A stretch of DNA of 63,872 nucleotides, the filler included, from Rhabdomonas costata (taxonomy: Eukaryota): assembly GCA_019059605.1 (NCBI GenBank). It is 56 parts of 56 records of this genome, joined end to end, with 100 filler letters (N's around TTAATTAATTAA, not from the genome) between each part and the next. Parts side by side here need not be neighbours in the genome. Positions count along the whole stretch, not along the records: positions 26,296 to 27,337 come from JAHMHO010031816.1; positions 27,438 to 28,479 come from JAHMHO010031817.1; positions 28,580 to 29,619 come from JAHMHO010031818.1; positions 29,720 to 30,761 come from JAHMHO010031819.1; positions 30,862 to 31,903 come from JAHMHO010031820.1; positions 32,004 to 33,045 come from JAHMHO010031821.1; positions 33,146 to 34,186 come from JAHMHO010031822.1; positions 34,287 to 35,328 come from JAHMHO010031823.1; 48 more parts are not named here. One strand, written 5' to 3'. A model generated the notes under the pieces. The model searched no databases, was not told the origin of the DNA, and was given only the letters and a program-made list of their open reading frames with translations. Made by a program: the position numbers and the translations under genes. This document shows, one piece after another, positions 26,507-37,605 of the stretch (positions are counted from its first letter, which is position 1; every line of letters starts with the position of its first letter).

Positions 26507-27330
26507 GTGGAGAAGGTTCGCACGACCTTTGGCTTCCTCCGGAAGTTCACCAGCACGGAGGTACCCGCAGACCTCTTCCTGGAGGTCATGCCGCGGCTGC
26601 AGCCCCGGTTTTACAGCATCGCCTCGGACGCCAAGCAGACCCCCAAGAAGATCTCCATCTGCGTCGCCGTGGTGGAGGGCGGGGTCTGCACGAACTACCT
26701 CAAGGACCTCAAGGTCTGCTGGGGGGTTGGGTGCTTATGCTGGAGCTTGTCTCTGGAACCTACAGTTGCCCTTGCTGCGTTTTAACAGCTCTATAGGAAT
26801 CTGTTGGTGGTCTGCGTGGATGTCTTCTGTCATATATCTGGAAATGCGTTTGAGTGTCGACCCTGACCCGCAGATGGGCAGACGGGGTAGCAACCGCGAA
26901 TTCAACTTTCGAAGACCTGCAGTAGCATCGCATTCATATGCTGCGACCTGCTTGCCATCATATATCTCCAGGAGACTTGCATGCACTCCCCTCTCCCCGA
27001 AATTCGCCTGCACTTGCCGATTGCATTGGTGGTCGCGTCTCTATCCCCGTTTGTTTATTCGATATCCTCGTCCTACCCACAATTCGGAGGTGCGCTTGGC
27101 ACACCTGTGACCTCAACCCTCAGCGTTCATGTTTTGCACCCGCACGCAATTAAGTTGCAAGAGATGGAATGTCTCCACTCTCACTCCTTTATTCTGTCTG
27201 CTCCTGATCACTGCTTCTCCTCGAAAGGACTCCCCTGCCCTTGGAATCCCTTTCCCTTCCCGTTTCCTGGTTCCTTTGTTTCCAGGTCGGGGACACCGTG
27301 CCGGTGTACGTCCGCAAGTCCACCTTCCAC
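26507..27330 (+). CDS. NADPH-cytochrome P450 reductase-like diflavin reductase, FAD-binding region, two exons
   Basis: Exon 26507-26713 (MPRLQPRFYSIASD...VAVVEGGVCTNYLKDLK) plus exon from 27286 (VGDTVPVYVRKSTFH); R.YSI.S, GVCT.YL and VRKS.F motifs. Confidence 0.9.
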
Positions 27331-27437
27331 CACCCCCNNNNNNNNNNNNNNNNNNNNNNNNNNNNNNNNNNNNNNNNNNNNTTAATTAATTAANNNNNNN
27401 NNNNNNNNNNNNNNNNNNNNNNNNNNNNNNNNNNNNN

Positions 27438-27820
27438 TGTTTGTGGTGCCTACATGTTTAACAATTAGATAAACCAAAGCGGCGCTTATACCAAAGTATG
27501 AAGCACATGAATTCTTTGATTTAAAACAGTTTACTTCATTAGTATCAATATTAGTAGCTTTAATAAATTGTTTAAGACTATGAGCAATTCTCGCGTACTT
27601 AATAATATTTGTATGATCTCTAAATCGTCTATTCTGAAACTGTTATACACCTCAAATTTTCGATCTTGTTATTTAGTTTATTCCTATCAATATGATCAAT
27701 TTCATAGTTTGTAGGTATTACACCATTGCAGGTTTCCCATATAAAACGGTGGGTTAAATATGTTTTTTGTGTTTGACTATTTCTAACAGTACACATTGCA
27801 TAACCGCTTTTTTGAGGCAT
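27438..27820 (-). pseudogene. HNH endonuclease with NUMOD1-like C-terminus, frameshifted; viral/Polinton-like
   Basis: HRFIWETCNGVIPTNYEIDHIDRNKLNNKIENLRCIT; after a frameshift at ~27630 it continues NRRFRDH...IKATNIDTNEVNCFKSKNSCASYFGISAALVYLIV. Confidence 0.85.
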
Positions 27821-27830
27821 TTGATTAACA

Positions 27831-28259
27831 ATTATAGAAAATGTTATAAATTAAAATACTACTTCTACTAAAGATGAATTAAATGTAAAAAAACTTTTAC
27901 AAAAACTAAACATTACAAATATTAATATTAGTGTAACAAATCAAAAACAAATTACTACTAGTGAAGTTTCAACACAAACTGATCAAGTCGAAATGATCGA
28001 TGAAGTCAAAATGACTGATCAAATCAAAATGACTACTGAAGCTGATACTAATCAAAACATTATTAAAAAGAAGAAAACAAATAAACCTGATGATGCCGCT
28101 GAAACAAAACAACTAAGATAACATATTCGAAAATGCAAACTGGAAAGTAAACGCAGACGTGCAGAGATAATAAAATTAGAAAATGAAAAAGAATCAAGAT
28201 TAGCTAAGCTCGATAAACAGAGACAAAAAAGATGGGAGAGGGCATATACTGAAGATTAA
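27831..28259 (+). pseudogene. AT-rich hypothetical viral-like reading frame with two in-frame TAA codons
   Basis: One frame of 143 codons interrupted only by TAA at 27852 and 28119, ending ...KRWERAYTED-TAA. Confidence 0.55.
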
Positions 28260-28289
28260 ATGTAATATAAATTTTCATAGTTAATAGTA

Positions 28290-28479
28290 ATGAAAGAATT
28301 GACTTTACAATTACAAAGTAAATATTCGTATTTTAATAAAGTTATTTGGGATGATAGAAAACTACTATTTTCAAATTATGTAAATTGCAATACAAATGAT
28401 GAATATTATTATTTATTAGAACTTGTTTTTGATAGTGATGAAATTCATGATCCTAATAATGATGTTGTTACACAAAACA
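28290..28479 (+). CDS. AT-rich hypothetical protein, 3' truncated by contig end
   Basis: ATG 30 nt after the previous stop; MKELTLQLQSKYSYFNKVIWDD...; compact virus-like spacing. Confidence 0.5.
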
Positions 28480-29136
28480 NNNNNNNNNNNNNNNNNNNNN
28501 NNNNNNNNNNNNNNNNNNNNNNNTTAATTAATTAANNNNNNNNNNNNNNNNNNNNNNNNNNNNNNNNNNNNNNNNNNNNGCCAGTTTTCTGTTACCACTC
28601 CCCCCCCAACTTCCATTGGGCCGGAGTCGCTGGATCAGCCTTTTGGGATGCCTTCCATTGCTCGAGGGTTGGTGGTTTGCGAAGTTCCCGCAGCCCTAAA
28701 CTCAGAGCTGCACAACGCAACAGGCACAGGAACGTTGCACTTTCAGTGTCCATTCGCTTCCCAGGCTGGACGCTCTGCGTTGAAGAGGGCGATAATCAGC
28801 AGGCCCGGTGCCGACATTATTTTTGGGGGGGGGACAAACGTACCAAAAGCTTGTTCTTGCTACCATTTCAACAAAAGAAACAACCGAGATTGAAAACCCA
28901 TCTCATTGTGACAGGCTACACATGTATAACTGGGAAACGTCCAGTACCCTGGTATTTGGGACACGCAGAAGCCAACCTGCATTTTGCCCAAGTTGCAGTT
29001 GACAATAGTCAATTGGCAGGGTATGGCATGGTTTTGCATGCACTTTGCCCGACATTGATGTTCGGCCGGAAGAAGCTCGCAGCAAATATTTATGGACAAG
29101 ATCAAAAATGAGAAGTCACATGGTACGGTTGTGTAG

Positions 29137-29356
29137 GGTGGATCGCTCTGGCCAAGTCGCATGGCTGGGACGTGCTGCCGACGCCGCGGCATTCGTGCCG
29201 ACAAATGAGCTGAACCTGGAGCTCTGCCAGCCCGACTTCGTGGACCTTTCGTTCTACAAGATGTTTGGGTTCCCCACCGGGGTGGGTGCCCTGCTGGTGC
29301 GGAAGGAGGCCCTTCGAGGCCTGACCCGGCCTGCCTTCTCTGGGGGAACCGTCGAG
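29137..29356 (+). CDS. Molybdenum cofactor sulfurase-like class V PLP enzyme, exon with a 1-nt frameshift
   Basis: ag|WIALAKSHGWDVL[CC]DAAAFVPTNELNLELCQPDFVDLSFYKMFGFPTGVGALLVR...FSGGTVE|gt; SFYKMFG.PTG.G PLP-lysine motif. Confidence 0.88.
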
Positions 29357-29728
29357 GTCAGCTTTTTTGTGGGGTGATCCACGTAAACCCACACCTTAGC
29401 GACCGCACTCTTGGCCGAGGTTGAGAGTTACAGGGAAAAGACATGGCCTTAGCGCTGCTGCTTGGGGCTTTTTTGTGTACGGGGAGACATTGAATTATCA
29501 TCACCGATGACCTGTCAAATTGTTCGAGAGACCGTGAAAACCACCAATGGTGCAACATCACGAACAATTTGACAGGTCATCGGTGATGATAATTCAATGT
29601 CTCCCCGTACACAAAACCCNNNNNNNNNNNNNNNNNNNNNNNNNNNNNNNNNNNNNNNNNNNNTTAATTAATTAANNNNNNNNNNNNNNNNNNNNNNNNN
29701 NNNNNNNNNNNNNNNNNNNTGGGGGGGT

Positions 29729-30025
29729 GTGCGAGCGCAAACCGTGCCGGCTTAGGTGGAGGCGATGCCTCAATTTTCTGTTGATCCCTGTCTGCTGTGT
29801 TCGTGTGCCAGGACACGCACGCACGTACACATCCATCCACCCACACCCGCACATACACCCCGGCTGGAAAGAATGCAAGCAACCGTGTGTGTATGTGTGG
29901 GTGTGGGTGGATGGGTGTGTACGTGCGTGCGTGTGCTGGCGTGCGAGCGCAAACCGTGCCGGCTTAGGTGGAGGCGATGCCTCAATTTTCTGTTGATCCC
30001 TGTCTGCTGTGTTCGTGTGCCAGGA
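29729..30025. repeat. ~85-bp direct repeat at 212-bp spacing enclosing an imperfect inverted repeat
   Basis: gtgcgagcgcaaaccgtgccggcttaggtgg... at 29729 and 29941; 29814-29860 is roughly complementary to 29888-29935. Confidence 0.85.
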
Positions 30026-30441
30026 GTTGGGTGACGGGTGTGAGGCACACCCCCGTTGATTATCACAGGGTGCTCACCTTCAGAACCCTCTGTCACAGTA
30101 GTGCCACTGGGACACCGGGTCACCGTCTTGTGTTTCGCTTGCGCTAGTCTCCCTTCTGTACCACGGGTTTTGGGTTTGAAAAAGTTTGAGGTCTTCATAA
30201 GCCAATGTTTAATTGCTGCTATCGTGGCAATGATCTTGCATTCCGTTCGTGACCCGTCGAATTTTACCACTCCATGTTGACTGCCCCCGACCACCACCAC
30301 TACCACTATCACCAGCACAAAAAAAACGTTGAGGGTGAAATCAGCCACCTATTAGCGAGAAAAAAAAGAGCACCGCCCAGAACCGCCAACGTACCCCCCC
30401 CCCCCCGCAGGACAAGGGGAGCTTTTTTTCCGCCCAAAACC

Positions 30442-30756
30442 TTGGCTGATGGTTGTGTTAAAGCTAATCAGGGTGCTGTTTCCCGTGGTGGAGATGGGGA
30501 TGTCGACCCGGACCCCGCTGCAGTCCGGGTTGAGCATGATCTGCACGCTGTCGGCGGGGCTGAGGTACGACCCCGAGAACGAGAACACCACAGGCAGCCC
30601 CACGTACACCGCCGTGAAGGTGAACCCCACAGGCCCACGGATCACCACAGGGTTGAGCTGCAGCCAGAAGGAGTACCCAGCGAGCTGATAGCACACCGAG
30701 AACTGGCCCCCGGAGCGCGGGGTGAAGGCGTACCCTGTCGCGCCGCCCGCCCCCAC
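30442..30756 (-). CDS. Beta-rich extracellular protein exon, function unknown
   Basis: GC3-rich frame GYAFTPRSGGQFSVCYQLAG...GP.GF...G..LSPADSVQIMLNPDCSG ending at a CAAG|GT donor. Confidence 0.6.
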
Positions 30757-33428
30757 AACACNNNNNNNNNNNNNNNNNNNNNNNNNNNNNNNNNNNNNNN
30801 NNNNNTTAATTAATTAANNNNNNNNNNNNNNNNNNNNNNNNNNNNNNNNNNNNNNNNNNNNGGGGTTTGGGTTGGGTTTGTCTTTCTGCGTGTGGGCTCT
30901 GCCCTCCCTACTTGGCGTCGTTTGGGAGATTGTTTGATGCTTGGAGACGTGTGTTCTAAGATCTTGTGGCGTCGATATGGAAGACTTGTCGTGGTCCACC
31001 TTCTCCGCAATATTTTTCCTTTTACGTCCACGTGGATAGCTTGCTACGCTATCGCGTACGCGCGCACACGCTCACACGTACGCACACTGCATTGTCCTGC
31101 AGTCTTGCCCCGTATGGTCGGCTTGACACATCTGATTCAAGATCCAGACACACACACTTTCTTCCAGTCTTTTTGCGATGAAAAGACAACGGAAACTAAC
31201 AACACAAAATGGAAAACGTCGAAAAGTAATTACACTCAGTAACGCGCGCACGCAAGCACGCAAGCACTCAGCACACACACTTCCTTCTGACCCTGTACCA
31301 CCAGATTTTCTCAACTTCTTCATATCCATCCTCGCGTTCCCTTCGTTCACCCCAGCGCCTTCCATAGAATTTTTCTGGAAGTTCCTCTCTTAGAATGTGC
31401 TTTGTCAACAGCCTTTGTGTGCCGAAGAACCTTGAGTCGGAAACCAGTTGACTCAAGATCGAACAATTCATACGGTCGCTCTGCATCATTCCGGATGAAA
31501 TCTGGATAAAACCCCCAACAGCGTCGCCAATGGGATGCAGCTCTTCAATCCACTGCTCAATAAATTTTGATTGTTATCAAATCCAACAGCTCTCCAACCG
31601 AGAGTTCTCCAGCAAGCCAATCACACATCGCTGCATCTCACCCAAGAACCTCAGTACTTTACGAGCCTTGCAAACCCACGTCAATCTTCTTCCGCTAAGC
31701 GTACCGCCAGACACACCAAACATCAAAACCCTCAAGACTCAACTCCATCCTACACACAATTAATCACTTCCATTCTTCCATCGATACAGTTAAGAACACC
31801 TCATACAAAGCCCACTTCCTCACCCAGATAATCAAACTGGGTGAAATTGTGTGGAATTGTGGTGACACCTCCGAATCACGTGGATTGTGTAACCCCCAAC
31901 ACCNNNNNNNNNNNNNNNNNNNNNNNNNNNNNNNNNNNNNNNNNNNNTTAATTAATTAANNNNNNNNNNNNNNNNNNNNNNNNNNNNNNNNNNNNNNNNN
32001 NNNTTGTGGGTTGATGCCAATATAGAATTCATCATCCAAGATGATAGTAGAGCATAATGTGCTAATTTTGTGCATGCAATTGCAGCGCTTAAATGGCTTA
32101 AAACTTTCAAAACATAGGTGCTCTGTATGAACAGTTTGATCTCATTGAAATGCTTGGATCTATCAAGGCTGACTATATTGGTCCGACAGTATCTCGGAAC
32201 GTGTGACACCTCAGATCATTCCTAATACACTTTAAAGCTCAGGTTCCAGAACATTCATCCAGTTTCTACTCAGGTCAAAGATAAATCAAAAAGAAGTCAA
32301 AAGGCAATAATTTGGTGCCCACTTTAATATTTAGTACTTAATTACCGCACCAATAATGCTAATACACACAAACGTATCCACATTTATCACGAGCTACATT
32401 TTATGAACAGCATTATATTTTTATACAAAATTCAGTTTCCTCACTAATTCTGTGTGCAGTGGAAAGTCCATTTATTCAAAAGAGTCATATGCCGTCAGTT
32501 TGACAATTGGACGGTATAATTGTCTCCTTGACATTTTTGCACTTCACGCGATATGAAATGTTTTTATAAAACTTTTACACGCTCTTCTGCACACATTTTT
32601 GGATACTATTTACTCCTCCACTTTCTCAATTTCTCAATTAAACCGCAAGTCATATCAGCATCTATCTACCTGTTAATATACTTTGAAATCTCACTGTTCA
32701 ACCATATATGAACTTTTAATTCGATTCTGTTATGAAAGCATTTAATCACACCTCAACCTCAAGGCAATGTGACAGACTATCTACACTTCCAGTGGATCAT
32801 ACTTATTTAAAGACGTAAGCACAATTGCTACAGGAGGAGATTTTGTACACAAGCAAAGAAGTTGTACTGACACCATATAAACGTCACAATAACATAAATT
32901 GCCTTTAGTTTGGCAGGCATAAAAAATGTGACTAAAGCGTAATTTTCCAGCCACCATCTCAAGACAAATCACATTACTATATCACTAGATTGATCTTACA
33001 CGCATTTGAGAACAACATTCCAGCATAATAATTCGACCACACAAANNNNNNNNNNNNNNNNNNNNNNNNNNNNNNNNNNNNNNNNNNNNTTAATTAATTA
33101 ANNNNNNNNNNNNNNNNNNNNNNNNNNNNNNNNNNNNNNNNNNNNGGGGGTTTTTCTGGGGTGGACTCGAGGTCCACTTTCCCCTTGGACTCACAACCCT
33201 GGATGGGAATGGCCCATCGGCCTCACCCCATGTGAGATAAACGCACAACGCACTAATAGCACTCGTACGATTCCAGGAATCATATCATGGTCTAACACAC
33301 TGGTCTCGATTAGGTATAAGGGTGAGGGCAACATGGGGTTCAGCAGGTGCCTGGTTGGGGACATAAGTTGCCTGTCCCGAGTCTCGAGAAGTCGCGAAAC
33401 TTGAGATGATGGCTGATAAAGGTCTGAC

Positions 33429-33459
<31 letters not shown>

Positions 33460-36400
33460 AACAAACAAACAAACACAAACACAAACACAAACACAAACAC
33501 AGACAGGCGCAAACACAAGAAGAGGCGCGCAAATGCATGCAGAGGCAGAGGCTGAGAGCAGCGGAGGGACGGCACATAGGGAGAAAGGCAAGAGTAAATG
33601 GGCGGGTGAGGGGTTGTGTGAGGTACCCTGCGGGTGCATTCCTTCAGAAGGGCGATAAAGGGCAAGGCCGGTCCCCGCTCAGCTGCCGCGAAGACTGTCT
33701 CCAGGCTGGAGAAACCCTGCGGAACACAGGGAAACAGGCGAATGGCTCTTGCTATCATCATGCAACAGAGGACCGACCACGAGGCTAAAAAAAAAGGTGC
33801 AGCCAACAGAAACAGGAGCGAGGAGCGGTTGGTGCTGGTTTTTTCCCTGTGCGTGGGTGTGTGGGTGCGAGTGTGAGTACTTGAATGGTGATAAAGGGGG
33901 AGATTTTGAAAGCACTATTCTGGGCACTATTCAGCTGATTACTGATACTACTCAGAGGGTGAAAAGTGATCACTACTCAGCACCCGTGGGGAACGGGAAG
34001 GATGGAAGGCGAGAGGATCTATATGGGGGAGCTCCAGCCGCACGCGTCTGGCCTTCCCGTCCCAAATAATTCTACTTCAAGTTCAAAATGCATGCACGGT
34101 TATCTGCAATGCCACCTGACCCTTCCGATATAGAGATCTGCATCGTCTCCTAAACCTGAATAAGATGGTGCGTGAGTGCACCCACCNNNNNNNNNNNNNN
34201 NNNNNNNNNNNNNNNNNNNNNNNNNNNNNNTTAATTAATTAANNNNNNNNNNNNNNNNNNNNNNNNNNNNNNNNNNNNNNNNNNNNTGTGGGGGGGTGAG
34301 TGTCGGCCATGGCATACATCCTTTTTTTCGGAAGAGAGTGGAGTGGGGAGGGGTGAAAGAGCTTTAAAAGCAGACATCTACATTGAAATGCAGATTAAAA
34401 ACATCGACGCCGACGCGAGCCTGACAGGCCAAAACAGCTGTGTACATGCGCACGTGTGGAAAGTTAGTGAGGCGTTTTGAGTGCATTGCGCGCTGGCTGA
34501 GGTGTTAACGATGTATCGGTCTTCTGGCGATCCGCTCTCTGTACACGTGAGCCGCGTAATGCCTGGAGTCGGGCAGGCCGGTTCAGCGCACGTTTCTTCA
34601 TTGTCGAAGGGTTCACATCCCCAGAGTCCTTCTCGGGGTATAAACTCACTGTGACTTCGTCAGGTCTCTGGAGCCTGCCCCGTGATTCCCCAAGCTCGCG
34701 CGGCCTGTCACCTTGAAATGCTTGGCTTGCTCCAGCTTGATGGTGGCGCTTAGGTATGCTGCCGGGCTGTTGCCGGGGCTGCAGCGCCTTTGTCAACTTC
34801 TCTAAGGCAAGGTGCACTTGGGGCGCCCAGGGACCATTCCTCCAGTTTCTTCCCCTGTCGCTGGTCACCACTGAGCTGAACGGGTTGCACCACTGTGGCT
34901 TCCATTACTGCCCTTCTCCATCTACTGCCCTTCGTCTCACCCCGCTCCTCCAGCTTCATTTGGGCTTCGCTGAGGGGTGCACTCTTTGTTCACCCGGCTG
35001 TGCTTGCTTTCGCTTGTCCCTCCATAGTTCTTGATTTCTTTAGATGATGGGTGCTTTTTGCTTTGTCAATGTGTGTGTATCTCTCTGTCTGTCTGTGTGC
35101 GTGTGCGCGTCCATTCCCTCTTAGGTTGTTCTAGCCCTTCAATAGTGAAGCAGATGAAACTGAAGCGGGACAAAGGGTGAAGGGTGGTTGTCGTCGCGTC
35201 ACTGGAACAATTCTCCAAATCCTCCCACCTCCGATGCCATGGCCAAGATGTGCAAGCGGGGTGGGGGAGGGGAAAGACCATTCTTCAGACTGCTGCGCAG
35301 GTGCTACTCGAAGCAACTCCAAACCCCCNNNNNNNNNNNNNNNNNNNNNNNNNNNNNNNNNNNNNNNNNNNNTTAATTAATTAANNNNNNNNNNNNNNNN
35401 NNNNNNNNNNNNNNNNNNNNNNNNNNNNGTTGGGTTGTGTTACTACATTCTGTGTCATTGCTAGGTGGTGCCTGGTGCCTTACCCATAGCGTATTTACGA
35501 TGTTTCGGCACTTGCAAATTCAACACATGACAGCAACATGCCCGTGCTTCTCCCTCCGATCATTATTTTTTGTTTTGTGCTTTGGTCTAATCACAGGTCA
35601 GTGTTCTTATATACTAGGGTCGCTGGCGTGGGGTCCACCGGTTGGTTTCGTCGTACTTTTTTTCGCTGTTGGTCGTCCGTCGTCCCACCGACCGTGAGAA
35701 GAGCCTTATGGGTTGCGGGTCTGTTTGTGCTTGATGTCACCCATTTGTGGCGTGGAGCAAAGGGCACCATATGGGTTTGTTCTTACGCTGCAACATGCTG
35801 CTAACGGTCGGTCGGTATTCCTACCAGTTCCTGCAGTTCCTGCTGCTGCTGCTTCAAATATCGCTGTGGACGCCGTGATAAGGCCCATTTTCTGATGGAT
35901 GGGTTTTGTGATAATACTTCAACGCTTTTACGCTTCTGCATCTAATTACCAAACTGGATAGTTATGTGTTCACAGCAGCATATATGGGTTCACATCAGAC
36001 ATTTGGAAATGCTTTGGTGACTAGAACGGCCCTACATGCTGACAGTTTGAGTTTGAATGATCGATAAAACCAGGGTTGAGGCGCGGCAAAAAAAAATAAG
36101 TAGATTGAGGCTTTTCAACCGCGCTTTTCTGCCTTGGAGTGGAGTTGTTGTTCTTTCCTGTTGGATATTGGAAAACAGGGCAAGTTTCGAATATGGATCA
36201 TTTTTGACACGGTAATGTTTCACGAATCTCACCACCAATACCGTCAGAGTTCAGCAGCAGAGAGCAGAAAGTACAAAGCACAGAAGCAAAGCGCGGGGCC
36301 AGGAATGCAAGGAAAGAAACAATAAATCATAGAAGAACAAGACAAATGAAAACAAACAAGAAAGATGACCAAACAAAGCGATTATTAGAGAGAGATTATT

Positions 36401-36885
36401 GGCCATTTTCATGTTGGGCGAAATGAACGTGTCCATAGCGATAAAGTATTTCTCTGCCACACCCCAACNNNNNNNNNNNNNNNNNNNNNNNNNNNNNNNN
36501 NNNNNNNNNNNNTTAATTAATTAANNNNNNNNNNNNNNNNNNNNNNNNNNNNNNNNNNNNNNNNNNNNGTGGTGGTGTCATCGACCGTTAATGCTCAAAC
36601 GTTAATCAGGAGGAACAATTTTCCGTTATGACGTTGAGGGCTCTCCAGATAGCTCCCGGCACCGCACCCACCACCACTCCCCCTCTACACTTCCTTCGAC
36701 AGTCCTCTGAACCTCTTTTTTCGCTGTAGCAATGCCGTCGCCAAGTTACGTCCTGTTCATAAAACTGCCTGTCACAGTGAGTCCGTTTTAATATAGAGAG
36801 GTAAGCGTAGGCGTCTACTCGCACTCAGAGATGGAGCGTCCTTCTTCAGAGGGAGGTGCCATGGCGGTGACCCTGCTCTGTGCAG

Positions 36886-37605
36886 GAATGGGCCATTCCA
36901 TGGCCGTTAAAGGGGACGCCCTGCTGACGTGGGGCTGGGACCTGTCGGGGCGGTGGAACCCCCGCCCGGAGTTGCCCCGACGAGTTGCGGGGATTCCGGG
37001 ACAGGACATCGTGAAGATCTCCGCCGGGGCCCGCCACTCCATGGCGCTGACCTCCAGCGGGGCGCTGCTGACGTGGGGCGACGGCTCGCATGGACGGCTG
37101 GGCCACGGGGATGTCCAGAACCAACCTGAGCCTAAGCTGGTGGCCGCACTGCAGGTTGTTGGCCCGAAATGGAACCCGGAAAAAGAAATCGGAGTGAAAA
37201 GCAGACCGTGTGCAAGCTTCCTTTGTTTTGTCAGGGAAGTTATTAAATCGCAATGTCGTGAAAAGCTACCTCAAAGCAATGCCACCCCTCACCGATCCTT
37301 CGCCCCACCCATCACCCACCCTTCTTAAGGGCAAGCACATCCTGGCGATCAGCGCCGGGGAGAGCCACTCCATGGCCCTGACTCGGGAGGGCCTGTACAC
37401 CTGGGGAAAGGGCGAGTTCGGGCGGCTTGGCCACGGGGACTCCGAGGACCAGCTCACCCCCAGGCTGGTCACCGGGCTGCCTGCGGAGCGTGTCTCCGCT
37501 ATCAGCGCCGGTGGCCACCACAGCATGGCCCTGGCCACGGAGGGTGTGTACACCTGGGGCGGTGGGGCGGTGGGCCAGCTTGGCCACGGAAACACCGCCG
37601 ACCAA
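36886..37605 (+). CDS. RCC1-repeat protein (UVR8/HERC-like), two exons
   Basis: Repeated ISAG..HSMAL...G.(L/V)(L/Y)TWG.G..GRLGHG; exons 36886-37154 and 37330-edge, phase-0 GT-AG intron. Confidence 0.95.

Noticed and set aside
31270..33045. Stop-rich coding-like text suggesting a variant genetic code
   Set aside because: Mixed TAA/TAG/TGA stops and frameshifts with no recognisable protein; recognisable host exons elsewhere contain no in-frame stops and end at standard ones
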